From: the human T2T-CHM13v2.0 reference genome, Homo sapiens | Strand: one strand, 5' to 3' | Assembly: GCF_009914755.1 (NCBI RefSeq) | Contig: NC_060933.1 | Length of the DNA stretch: 64,000 bases | Shown here: positions 31,412 to 53,282 of the stretch, one piece after another | How positions within the stretch are numbered: position 1 is the stretch's first letter | Layout of the letters: each line of letters starts with the position of its first letter | The notes under the pieces: generated by a model | The model's database searches: none | Told to the model about the DNA's origin: nothing | Seen by the model: only the letters and a program-made list of their open reading frames with translations | Made by a program: the position numbers and the translations under genes

Positions 31412-32257
31412 TTACTTTTTTATAGTAGGTATATATTTCAAACCATAGTCTTAGGTCTTGTGACATAGTTAAAGGAAACATCATAGAAGAGCTCAGAGAT
31501 GTAAAATAGAGCCATTTATGATGGTTTTGAGAACCTGTAACGATACATATATGTTAATTTCATTTAGGTTTTCTGCGTTTGGAACTGTGTACAGGTAAGA
31601 TGCTCTAAGCTACCATATAGCAAAATTTAAATGAAAATTACCATTACACTTATTTAGCTCCAAATAATTTAATAACTATTACTGGGTTGTTACTAGAAAG
31701 AAAAACAGCTCACTGTAATAGTTAACGAAGCAAAGCAGTCCCAATCAAATCTTGCATTGCTCTGACACGTGTTTTGCTAAAGGAGAGGGAGAGGCATTTT
31801 GTTGTATTTCCAGCTGGCTTCCTGGGGAAACAGAACACATTTGGAGAATGTGTTCCCCTTTGTTAATTGTGACACATGTGTCCAGTGACCCCCGATGAAG
31901 AACTCTTAAAATGATATGGAATGTGTTCAAATTGCTGAAAACCAGAGACAAAGAGAAATCAACACAAAAACTGAAAATCTCTCATTTTTCTCAAAAGAGA
32001 AACATCTTGAGGAAGCTAGAGGAAAAAAGGCATTATCAAACAAGAAACAAGGTTAAGAATGGGAGCTGACTTCATATCAGAAACCATGCAAGCAAGAAAC
32101 AAAGTGACACTTTTGAAGTCATAAAAGAATTTTTAAAAACCTATCAATCCAGAATTCTATAACCATTGAAAAATTCTTTAAATATTTGTTAATTACTCTG
32201 GTGTCTTTGAATTAAGGTGAAGTTGAATTCCCCTCATGTGGCTTGCAAGTTAGTCTT

Positions 32258-32566
32258 GTTTTTGTGGTTTGGGTTTTTGTTTTTGAGATAAGGTCTTCCT
32301 CTGTCATCCAGGCCGAAGTGCATTGGCACAATCACAGCTCACTGCAACCCCAACATCCCAGACTCAAGTGATCCTCCCACCTCAGCCTCCCACATTGCTG
32401 AGACTACAGGTGCACTCCACCACACCTGGCTAATTTTTGTAACTTTTGTAGAGATGGGGTTTCACCATGTTGCCCAGGCTGGTTTTGAACTTCTGGGCTC
32501 AAGCAATCTGCCCACCTTGGTCTCTCAAAGTCCTGGAATTACAGACATGAGCCACTGTGCCCAGTC
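32258..32566 (-). mobile_element. AluJ within an L1MC 3' fragment (~32180-33500)
   Basis: J diagnostics (caagtgatcctcccacc; ctgggctcaagcaatc); TSD TTGCA(A/G)GTT(A/G)GTCTT. Confidence 0.9.
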
Positions 32567-33030
32567 TTGCAGGTTGGTCTTAATGACTGACTTTTAAGAA
32601 ATGGAATATGGAAAAGTAAAAACTGTAGTTTTGTAGTGGAAGAAACCATCAAGTCACCAACACAACCAAGTAATCAAGGTTAACATCAACAATGAAAAGT
32701 CATATGGCTACCTCACACCACCGTGACACAATGGGAAGGTCACTTCAGCTATGTGAAATTCTTCCTCAAAATTTACAACCCCACTTTAATCAAGAGAAAA
32801 CATCAGATGAACTCAAATCATTTGATGCACATTCTAAAAAAATATCTGGTCAGTGGTCTTCAAGGTGTCAAAGCCAGGAAAGACAGAGAGATTGTCCCTA
32901 ATTGAAGTAGACTAAGGAGACATGAAGACTAAACACAATATGAGATCCTGGATGGTACCTGGGAACAAAGAGAAGAAATTAGTTAAAAACAAAAACAAAA
33001 ACAAAAACAAAAACAAACTGGTGAAATGTG

Positions 33031-33322
33031 GGCCGGGCACGGTGGCTCACTCCTGTAATCCCAGCACTTTGGGAGGCAAGGCAGGTGGATCACCTGAGGT
33101 CAGGAGTCTGAGACCAGCCTGGCCAGCGTGGTGAAATCCCATCTCTACTAAAAATACAAAAATTAGCCGGATGTGGTGTTGGGCACCTGTAATCCCAGCT
33201 GCTCGGGTGGCTGAGGAATGAAAATCACTTGAAACCAGGAGGTTGAGGTTACAGTGAGCCAAGATCGCACCACTGCACTCCAGCCTAGGCATTAGAGTGA
33301 GACTTCCTCTCAAAAATGAAAA
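33031..33322 (+). mobile_element. AluSx/Sz
   Basis: Full dimer; degenerate TSD AAACTGGT(G/T)AAAT. Confidence 0.93.
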
Positions 33323-33502
33323 ACTGGTTAAATATAGCCTGTCATTTAGGTAATAGTATTGTACAATGTTAATTTCTCGTTTTTAATAAATGTGCCATGG
33401 TAACGTAAGAGGTTAACATCAGAAGAAACTAAGTGAAGAGTGTATAGGAACTGTCTTTACCATCTTTGCAACTCTATGTAAATCTAAAATTATTCCAGAG
33501 AA

Positions 33503-37765
<4,263 letters not shown>

Positions 37766-37880
37766 TTTTTTTTTTTTTTTTACTTTAAGTTGTGGCGTAC
37801 GTGTGTAGAAAGTGCAGGTTTGTTACATAGGTATACATGTTCCATGGTGGTTTGCTGCACCTATCAACCCGTCATCTAGA

Positions 37881-38177
37881 TTTTTTTTTTTTCTCTGAGA
37901 CGGAGTCTCGCACTGTCATCCAGGCTAGGGTGCAGCGGCGCGATCTTGGCTCACTGCAAGCTCTGCCTCCCAGGTTCACGCCGTTCTCTTGCTTCTGCCT
38001 CCAGAGTACCTGGGACTACAGGTGCCCGCCACCACGCCCGACTAATTTTTTGTATTTTTAGTAGAGACGGGGTTTCACTGTGTTAGCCAGGATGGTCTCG
38101 ATCTCCTGACCTCGTGATCCGCCCGCCTCGGCCTCCCAAAGTGCTGGGATGACAGGCAGGAGCCCCCGCGCCCGGCC
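37881..38177 (-). mobile_element. AluY in the L1 3'UTR
   Basis: TSD CC(G/A)TCATCTAG at 37869 and 38178. Confidence 0.95.
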
Positions 38178-40399
38178 CCATCATCTAGGTTGTAAGCCCC
38201 ACAGGCATTAGGTATTTCTCCTAATACCCCCTCCCCTTGCCCCCCAACCCCGTAACAGGCCCCAGTGTGTGATATTCCCCTCCCTGTGTCCATGTGTTCT
38301 CATTGTTCAGCTCCCACTTAGGAGTGAGAACACGCAGTGTTTGATTTTGTGTTCCTGTGTGAGTTTGCTGAGAATGATGACTTCCAGATTCATCCATGTC
38401 CCTGCAAAGAACATGAACTCATTCTTTTTTATGGCTACATAGTATTCCACTGTGTATATGTCCCACATTTTCTTTATCCAGTCTATCATTGGTGGGCATT
38501 TGGGTTGGTTCCAAGTCTTTGCTATTGTAAATAGTGTTGCAATAAACATACATGTGTATGTGTCTTTAGAGTAGAATGATTTATAATCCCTTGGGTATAT
38601 ACCCAGTAATGGGAATGTGCAGCTCACATTTTTAATTTGCTCAGAGTTTTCTTCTCTTTGGATGCATAGTCATTGTCTCTGCTTCTTTTTCTTTTTCAGA
38701 ATTTTCAGATTTGTGTAAATTTCCTCTATCGATTGCCACGTCACTTTCATTTTCCATCCCAACTTTGTCTCTTAGTATTTTTGCTCTGAGACTTGAAATG
38801 GTCCATCTTTTCCTTTGCCGGTCTCCAAGCCCTCCTCTAGCCCTGAGGTAGGAAAGCCCACAATAGCTCTCCTACCACTCTCAGGCCTTCATCTGCCTGC
38901 TGACGGTCCAAAAACGTCTTGCTTCAGGAGCACAGGTTGGAGTTAGAAGTGAAATTAGAGGCAAATTAGAAGATTGTAAACTATTATTTCCCCAGAACCG
39001 CACAGAATCGGCAGCTACATTAAATTTCTTACCCACAGAGCTGATTTTAGAAATACGTAACTGCAGACATTTTTAATGGTGACTGTCCCGTTAAAAGGTA
39101 ATAGGAATGCATGTTTCCCCATTAAAGGACTTGCCTTGTTCCATTAAAAGGTAATGGGGATGCATGTGTGTGTGTGTACATGTGTGTGTGTTATTATCCA
39201 CCAAAAAGCAGCAAAAGTTTTTTATATATTTTAAAGAAAATAATAGGAGAAGGGTTTTGTCATGCTATACTTAGAATTCTGAACATCATAACTTTTATTA
39301 CAATGTATGTTTTAAGGTTAAAAAACAGTATTATTTAATGTGGTAAACCTTGGTAAATGACATTCTATTTATAATATATATTTTATATTCATAATTATGT
39401 TATACTCTTATATGCAATATTCAACACTAATATAATTTGTTTTATGGTACACCTGGCACGTAATTCTCTCATATCTTGGAGGTGATTCACATACATTTTT
39501 CTAATTCTGTCCTGACTAGTCTTCCTATTAACTGTTTAAAGAACTTTATACTCCACTATGGAAATCCTTCTTTTTAATAAATAAATGTGCTTTATGTAGT
39601 ATTTCCATAAATAGTTTTAAATTACACCTGGACCATGACTGATACAGAAATATGTACATACACACATATCTATATCTATATTTATATGTATAAACATATG
39701 TACACATATCTATATAGAGAAATGTATTTCTATCTGTCTTTCCTATTGGATGTCTTGAAACTCCATCTTTGGGTTCCTTTCTTTTAAGTTAAAACCTATT
39801 TTTCCTACTAAAATGTAATGAAAAAAATAAAACCAACTGGGAGAACTAATAGTTGGCATTTTCTTACTAATTTATGCCTCAGTGGGACAATATTTTATCA
39901 ACTCTTAGCATGGAAAAACAAATACACTTTGGTTTTGACAGAAAAAAAGGAGAAAAAACATTAAGCATCTCAGGCAAGAAAGGGATGGGAAAAGCGTGAT
40001 TTGGGTGAAGCTTAGTAGTGAAGTAAATGTCACATGGTAGCCTAAGAAGCTGAGGACAATTTTCACTTGCATGACAATTTTTAGTAGAGTTGTTTAGTAA
40101 CTTTAAAAACAGATTTAATACATTTTTTCTCTTAAAAAATCTACAGCAAGAAATCCAGAAGCCAATAAAATTTCTATCATTTCAATCCAGAATTCTTTCA
40201 ATTGTTTCAGGTTATGGAGGCATTGGCCCATAAAATATTTTGCCCGATAATGTTTTCCAAAAAGGGAAATCTTTTCTGCTCTCATCAACAACAAAATGTC
40301 TGGAAGAAAAAAGAAATATTAAGGAATAAAAATTTGGCTGAAGAGCCTCTCTACTTAAAGGAATGAAAGGTGTTTCAAAAAGTTACTAACAATAAGCAC

Positions 40400-41110
40400 A
40401 AAAACAATTAAACATTAAATGTAGAAACAATTAAAAGAAATATTTCATGATTTTCTGTAGCTCTTATTGGCAATCAAAAACCAGAAAACAAAAGCAGCAG
40501 GGGGGAATGCAAGAATAAATGAAGTGCAGAGAAAGGGCAAACATGAGTAAATAGTAGTGAAAGCTTTTTAAAACTACAATAATAATAATATCTTGTAGAA
40601 ATATAAAATGCAATAAAAAAGTGTATTACAACAATGGCACAAGGGTGAGAGATACACAAATACATGGAAGTAAACTTGTAAGGATCTTGCATTCTTTGGG
40701 AAGTGGCCAAAGTACTAATAAGAGAACATATTGTGATCTTGAGGGAAATGACTAAAAGTTTCATTACAGCTGCAAAGCTAATACAGGAGATTCATAGCCA
40801 ACAATTGGAAATTACCCAAAAATTCATCAATAAAAGAATGGATAAACAAATCCATTGTATGAATTCCATTCATATAATGGAAGAGTACATAACAGTGGAA
40901 AGGAATGAACTAAAAATATCAACCAAAAATTGGAGGAATATCAAAACATTTTGCTAAGGGAAATGAGCAAGACACAAGGTGACATACTGTATGATTCCAT
41001 TTATATGTTCAAGAAGAGGCAAAACTAATCAATGGTGATAAGAGATTGTTTTGGAAAGGACACAGGAAACTTCCTAGGTAATGGAAATGTTCTATATGTT
41101 GATCTGAATG
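40400..41110 (+). mobile_element. L1ME fragments
   Basis: atagccaacaattggaaattacccaaaa...catactgtatgattccatttatatg...ggtaatggaaatgttctatat. Confidence 0.6.
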
Positions 41111-41318
41111 CGGGTAAAGAGAGAGAAGGAGGAAGACAGAAAGAGAGAGTCATTGAATAATACTGAAGTTCTGAGCTAAGAGTCCTTAATGGATATACAA
41201 ATATTAAAAGGAGCCTTCTTAAATTGTACCACACACTTTAACCTGGATTCATAAAGCATCAAAGGTAGAAGGGATATAGAGGGATCATTTATTCCAATCT
41301 CCTCAATTTTACAGATGA

Positions 41319-43991
<2,673 letters not shown>

Positions 43992-44129
43992 GATGCCTTG
44001 TCACAGTCTATCATGCAACTTGTAAATGGAAGAGCCAGTGCTAGGATCCAGTTATCTTGTATCCACTGCAGCACTTGCTCAGAACCACTTTTTATGAAAA
44101 ATTCAAATTCCATAAGAATTAAATGAAGG

Positions 44130-44225
44130 CAGAAGACAAATAATATAGCATTCTAAAATTAATTCATACAGTTCATAAGTCAGAAGACAAATAATATAGC
44201 ATTCTAAAATTAATTCATACAGTTC
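44130..44225 (+). repeat. Perfect 45-bp tandem duplication with 6-nt spacer
   Basis: 44130-44174 is identical to 44181-44225. Confidence 0.95.
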
Positions 44226-45825
44226 TTTTATTCCAAACTTAATCTTAGTTGTCTCATTAAATGAAAGTTTCTGGGTTGACCACTGATGAAGACATAGACA
44301 GAAGCTATGAATTTTACACATACTTTGATCACATTTTTTCCTGCCTGAATTATTAGAAGAATAACACGTTTCAGTGTGCTTGATTGCTAAGTGAGACAGA
44401 TAAGTGTAAGATTATTTTTCAAGCAATATACTTGCTCATCTTTCAGGAAGCACTTTACTCACGATTACATGTGCACTTAGATAAAAGTACAGTTTTTATC
44501 TTGATTGTCACTCATGATGTAATTATTCATAAACTTAAGAAAAGAAGTTTCTTTCAGCATGACAAATGGTTCTCATGCTGGTGACATGACACTTTTGATC
44601 TGTTATGTGAAGGGAAAGGTTTTTCTTCCACCTACCTAAAATTTTCCCCAATACAAGAAATTTGACAGCACTGAATTCTGTACCTGACAGGATGACTTGT
44701 CTCCTTGCATTCTGTTAACCTAACAATTTCTTCCAATAGAAGCATTCAAATGAAGAGTAACTTTGTGATAAAAAGACAGGAAGCAAAGGGAAACCAAGGA
44801 AAAAAATCATAAAATAAACCACCTGTTAGTGCTACCAAAAAGGTTAAGAGATCAATTCCAAGATTTATATACTAAGAGGAAAATATTTTTAACCAACTTA
44901 TAGAATGTCATAAGCTGCCACTCCATCTGCTATCTCCTTTCCCGATTTACTTTGCTTCATAGGATATCTATAACTGGGAGGATCTACAAAGAAATACAAT
45001 GCATTACTTTATACCTCAAACCTTTTAACTAAGAATAAAATATTACATGAGGCAGAGAAATGTTCTATCTATAGATTTAATATCTAAATGATTTTCTTCA
45101 AAAGCCAGCAACAGAGTAAAATTTATTTTGTGGTGACTTTTCATTATTTATCCTCATTTTAATCAAAATCAGGTTGTTTTTCTTGTTCTAAATTACTATT
45201 ATATATAGCATTTGTGGTTTGACAATTCAATGAAAATTGGTTTTCACTGAAATATCAATTCAAAGTTTCTACCAGTAGTATCCAGCGATAAAATCGACTG
45301 TTTCCTTATGAACTAAAAGCAAAACTTGACATCTAAGTAATCAAATGTTAATAATAGCTTGGATAGATTCTCATTGTTAAACAAAAGCAAAGCAAAGAAC
45401 AAAAGCAAAACCAAACAAAATGCTGTAATTATATTTGACTTCACTTCTTACTTATACATACATATATATATATATATGTATATCATTGGTTGGGCATTGT
45501 TTCCCAGTCATTTATTATCAAATGTTTGTGTAAAGTCATTGATGCTAGCAAGTCATAATTTTAATTATTGCATTACCTCTACAATTTCTTCTTTCATGTT
45601 CATTTTAAAATGGTGAAACTGCTATCAGCTAAGTTTTTTAAATCAAAGTAAAAGGAATCTGAATCTTGATGTCAGTCTAGCCTGTACCTGACCTGCAAAC
45701 TCCCTAAAAAGGAAAAAAAAAAACTGTATTTAAAACTTCTCATGTAGAGTCAAGGATCTTTTTAAGTCCCCCTTCCTGGAATATTGATTACTTAAGTGCT
45801 TTTCCAGAATCTCTGAGCTCAGTTA

Positions 45826-46112
45826 CAGTCAGCCCTTCCTATCCCTAGGTTCTACATCCATGGATTCATCCAGTCATGGATAAAATATCTTCAAAAATTA
45901 AAAATAACACAAATTTTAAAACAGTATGTAAAACAACGATTTATATAGTGTTTACATTGCATTGGGAATTATAAGTAATCCAGAGATTATTTAAAGAGAG
46001 AGTGTATGTGTGGGTTACATGCAAATACTTCATCATTTACATAAGGAACTCAAGCATCCATGGGTTTTGGTTCCCCAGGGAGTCCTGGAACCAATGCGCC
46101 ACCAATACTGTG
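45826..46112 (+). mobile_element. MER2 (Tigger-family MITE)
   Basis: TA-cagtcagcccttc...ccatggattca...ggaactcaagcatccatggg...cctggaaccaat. Confidence 0.8.
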
Positions 46113-47387
46113 TTAAGTATCAAGACAAATGGATTAATGATAAGCTGTGTCTTCTCTACAATTCTTTCACCACGTTTTCCCTTTAGAAAAACACTAAAGT
46201 AAGTATGAAAAGCTTTGGCTCTAATTTCTCATAAATTACTTATAATTTGATATTTACAAATATAATTATGAATTATAAGTTGATATCGTATTGCAATAAC
46301 ATTTTGTTTCTATAATCATGCCTCTTTTTAATGTGATTTTCTCGTGTATTTTAATATATTGCAGAAATGCAATAACTGAAGAACTTGTTTTTTGTACAGT
46401 GAGAAATTTGTATACAAAGTCTTCTACCATAATAAAAAAAATGAAGAGGAGCACCAAAACAAGTAATTTGCCAAGAGTCAGTTTTCCTTGGATTCGTATA
46501 TTCCAATTCCCCTGCCACCACCCCACACAGACATGTTCACATTTGCCACCACTCTCTCACTGCCTGCAATGAGATCTAGTTAGCCAGAGATGTTTTTCAG
46601 GCTTTTTCAGATATTATGTTCATGTTTTGACTTGCCATGTAGCATAGTTAAGGAGGCCTGGCTTTGTTTTCCTACTGTGAAAGGTTTGGAGAGTTTGATG
46701 TCCCACTGGGCTGAATGAATGACAGTCAATTCAACTTTCTTCCTCACGTAGGTATGCATAAGTGACTTCTCAACTATTAGAAAGTTACTTTTAAGTAGGA
46801 TTCACTTGAGTAATAACCACCTTAATATTTCTCTTCTTCTCTTAAAAGGAAGAGAAACATTTGCCATATAAAATACTGTATATCTTATTCCAATATGTGG
46901 CAAATTTGATTTTTATTATTCATATGCAATACTAAAGACCCTCAGCAACATTTCGAATCAGAGTTTCACATGAAATATGTAAAATTGCCAAACTTGAACT
47001 GAAAGGCATCTTAATTTCATCATTGAAATGCTAACTTTTGCAATAAATATTTTGAATATTACTGAAAAATAAAAGAGAATGAAAGTTGGAGGGCATGTCA
47101 TATTTTTATCTGTAGCTTGAACACTGCGATGATCCACCTCATTGCCATAATATTTTTATAATTTAATTTTCTCATTAACTCTCATTCACTTTAAAACATA
47201 TTTGCCATGTTGCACAAGGATAACCAAAAGATATTCCTCAGAGAAGGCACACACATAAATCAGTAAGCTTGGAGCTCATGTCTATTATGTAGTTTTGGAA
47301 TTATTCCAAAGACTTGCATAGTTTGCTACGTTTTGCTGTAACAAGAACTTAGACCGTACTCCCTCCAGCCCTCAAGAATGCGATGTC

Positions 47388-47710
<323 letters not shown>

Positions 47711-49151
47711 TCATCAGACCCATCATATGTGAGTTACTGACCTCAACCACTGGATTTCAAAATACATATAAACATAAGAGCTCGATGAACACTTTGAGAA
47801 CTTCAGTAAGTCTCAGCCACTTCTCCAAAAATGGAGAGCATATTCTGTGACAGGGTTGCCCTGCCAGTCAATTCTTGGAAGACTGAACTCATGCAGCAAC
47901 AGAGCCCCACCCTGTCAGCAGCTGAGCTTTGAAGCCTCGCCTGCATCACTGGCACCACCCACTGGTGTCAAGGGACCCCAGGTGTCTTTGAGGATCTCCA
48001 TGGTGTCAAGACACCATCTCTCCAGAGAATTCGCTTGAAAAAAAGGTGCACCTCAAACTTTCATTCGATTTGCCTTTCCACAGAGGCCTGCTTCCATTTC
48101 TACTTCAGGAACTAGACTTTAATATTTGGAACTCACTCCCTCTGTGGTTAATGTGCCTCATCTTTTGAGTGTATTCCCTGTAGATTTGTTCACATTATTC
48201 TTCTCCTTTTTGAGCATTGTGAACTTAAGAAAACAAATTCTCCTTGCATGGCAATAACCATGTGATTTGTGAAATCATACTTTGAGCATCTTATTTTAAC
48301 CATACAAAACAGCGTGGCTCAGAAATTCAATGTGATCTTTCCTCTGGTCAGTGACATATCCCCATGAAGTGAAGCAGCAAGGCAGTAAAGGAACAGGGGT
48401 TTTAGTTAAGGGGTAAAATGGGTAATCTTCTTGGAAATTACAAGCAACTGAAGAGCTCATTCCAAAATATGCAGAAATCTCTGAAATCATACATACTTTT
48501 TATGTTAGCAAAACTTAAGTGCAAGGAGTCATAATTTAGGTTTATTTAAAGAATGTCTCCAGTCTTGAAATAACCTGAGTGATAAAATAATAATACAATC
48601 TTTACTTTTATCTACTTGTTTCTCTTTAATTTTACCACACTTAATATGACATAAAGTAAAATATAACAGTTCTTCAATACATATTTTTCAGAACTAAATA
48701 ACATTTAAGGGAGATATCGTGATAGTCTTCAAAATATTTTCACCTTAGATTACATATCATTATTTTTTGGTATCAATTTCTAATTTAAAGCTATTTTTCC
48801 ACTTAGGATCCTAGTTTTTATTTAAATTTTATTTAATTTTTATCTCCTCTTTTTTCATCTATTGTTTTACAGATCGCTTACAATAATTTTCCCTCAGTGC
48901 ATAGAAAGGAGTGAGCTTGACAACCACCCACCCCCTTGAAAATCAATAGAAGTTGTCTTTTATAATAAAGCTCTCCCTTATTTACTGGAGAAGTGAAGCT
49001 AAGTATACAGATGCATCAGCCTGAGTCAGAAAGAGAAGCAGATATTGCTCAGCAGGAAGCCAGGATAGTGGGATTTCCAACTTCCTCTAGGTCGTTTTGT
49101 GAAAGGTGGTATCATTTTATGTTAAGACAAATTCCCAGAAATGTTACCACC

Positions 49152-49153
<2 letters not shown>

Positions 49154-49185
<32 letters not shown>
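49154..49185 (+). repeat. (AC)16 microsatellite
   Basis: Perfect run. Confidence 0.97.
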
Positions 49186-49188
<3 letters not shown>

Positions 49189-49479
49189 GGCAAGGAGGAG
49201 GCTACTGTGCCTTGGGCACTTGCCTAGGCATTGCCTGAAAATTACAGATAATTGTCACTAACCAATCTAATTGCAACTGTTAAAAGAAATAACCCTCAAT
49301 TCAGAGTATTTCCTATTCAAATGCAATACAATTTTTGTTTCTAATATATTAGGTTGCACAGAAACACTAAGATTGTACTTAAATATGGACTGAGGACCAT
49401 TTTAAACATTACAGTAAAGTAGTGATCACAATTTCATCTGGTTATATTAAAAGTGTTCTGGAATGGTATTGGGAATTGA

Positions 49480-49610
49480 TTTTTTTTTTTTTTTGAGATG
49501 GGGCTCTCACTATGTTGCCCAGGGTGGTCTCTATCTTCTGGGATCAAGTGATCCTTCTGCCTCAGTTTCCCATGTGGCTGGTACTACTGGTGCATGCCAC
49601 TGTGTCTGTC
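49480..49610 (-). mobile_element. FLAM monomer
   Basis: Poly-T followed by a single antisense Alu left arm. Confidence 0.85.
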
Positions 49611-50401
49611 ACATTTTTTAAAATCATAAACTGATTCTAAATTATAAATAAATCAAGAGGAAAGACAGAGGACTTACTATGGTGCTATCTTGACAACATC
49701 AAAGTAACTAATCCCCAAAAGTTTATTCAAAAATCACAAGTTGTTTCATCTTAGACCCAATTTCTGTACCAAATAAAGCCTATTATACTCCATAATGAAA
49801 AGTACAGATAATGAAAAGTACAGAGCCCAGTGATGCTTAAATGATGCCATGTAATCTAATAGCTTTGATGAGTCAGTTTCCAAGATATATAATTATATTC
49901 AAAGAGTTCTGTCTGGTTCTGTTGATACTACAATCAAATTCTTCCTTCGCTGCAGACAACACCTTGTACTTAAGCAGAAGCTGAGTCATGCCCCCCACTA
50001 TACGCCTCTAACAACGGATATGTGAAAGTCTTAGAGCTAAATGTCTGAGTGGTCCTGTTTTATAACAGATCAATAGTTCCTGAAATTAGTATTTGCCTTC
50101 CAGGCTAAAATATTTTTTCTACAGTGTTCCAAATATTCTTGCATTTCTTAAAGTCATTGTCATAAATAGCAATGATGCTTTGATAATCCTGATAACAAAC
50201 TACTTCCAAACTGCAGCAACAGAAGGAAAATGGTAGGATATACAGAAAATCTTTTGAGAAATCCAGAGAGGACTGATATTAGACATAACAGCAATAACCT
50301 GTGGCTTTTCAAGAAGAGAAGCACATTTCTTCCCAATTAAAACTAGGAATTCTCGACAGATATAGTTCACTTTCAAGTGACTAGAATTGTCGCATTCCTT
50401 A

Positions 50402-50527
<126 letters not shown>

Positions 50528-50889
50528 TCACATCTCCCTCGGAGGTGACACACGTGGCCATAGCTATGCAGTGTCCAGCATGCCCTGGCTCCACTCTTGG
50601 AGTCACTGTGGCTCTTTCTTTCAGATCCGGGATTGTCCCTTTCAACTGCAGAAAATGAATGCATTCCAGAAAGCCTGGGTCTGGTGGCCATTTCACCTGC
50701 AAGGGAAGCACTGCAAATACAAACACATTCCTTTGTGTTTTATTCAAGATTTCATCACCCTGTCAAACTGAGGCCTTATGGAGAATAGCAGAAACTGTGA
50801 TCACTCAAAAGGTCTCAAGAACAAATATAATTTTGGAAACATACATTTAATGAAATGTTAAGTAATGGCAAATTACTTCATTTATTTAT

Positions 50890-51170
50890 TTACTATATAT
50901 ATTCATATTTTACTTGACACATAATAATTGTACATATTTATGGGGTACAGTGGGATATTTCAGTAGATGTATAAAATGTATAATGATCAAATCAGGGTAA
51001 TTAGCATGCCCATGACCTCAAACCTTTATCATTTCTTTGTGTTGGTAACATGAAAAATCCTCTCTCCCAGGTATCTGAAAAAAAAGACAACACACTGTTG
51101 TTTACTGTGGTTACCCTATAGTGCTGTACAACACTAGAACTTATTCCACCAACTAACTGTAATGTTGCAG
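50890..51170 (-). mobile_element. L1MA 3' end fragment
   Basis: aataattgtacatatttatggggtaca...taatgatcaaatcagggtaattag. Confidence 0.8.
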
Positions 51171-51311
51171 AAGACAATACTGACCACATTTGTGAAATAT
51201 TATCCTAATATGAATGATAATTATAGGTGGGGTTTTATGCTAACATAGCTGCCAAGAATTCCATAAATGAATGCCCACAATTGTAAGCGAGAAAACAAGA
51301 TTATTCAATTT

Positions 51312-51312
<1 letters not shown>

Positions 51313-51346
<34 letters not shown>
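51313..51346 (+). repeat. (GT)17 microsatellite
   Basis: Perfect run. Confidence 0.97.
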
Positions 51347-51348
<2 letters not shown>

Positions 51349-51849
51349 CTATTCTCAGGCAGGGAGTTGGTTTTAGTTCTTTTTTTAAGAGGCCCAAACT
51401 CATACTACTGTAAGAATTAACTGCAAGTTAATTATTGCAAGTTGAAGTTATTTATAAGACTATGGTATGTATGTACATACACACAATTCTGAATTCACTG
51501 TGTAATATTAGTACTCAAAATCATATATATTGTACAGGAGAACAACCTGTGTGATAATTCATGAGTTATCTCAGTCTCTAATTGGACAGTACAATTATTT
51601 ACTTTAAAATAGATTAGAAATCACCAACAGAGAGCTTTTTCTTTTAAACTAAATGCAAGCAGAGTAAAAAGAAATGTAGAGTAGAAAGAAATGAAGCAAA
51701 ATATAGATCTTCCTTTGGGAAAAAAGTCAAGACACAAAAGCAGTTGAAGAGGTGTCTTTCATTTCCTAGAGTGATACACATATTTAGCAGTTCGGTAATT
51801 TTTGTTTAACAGCCATATTGAGGCTCTATTGGCATATGATGAACACACA

Positions 51850-53280
<1,431 letters not shown>

Positions 53281-53282
53281 AT

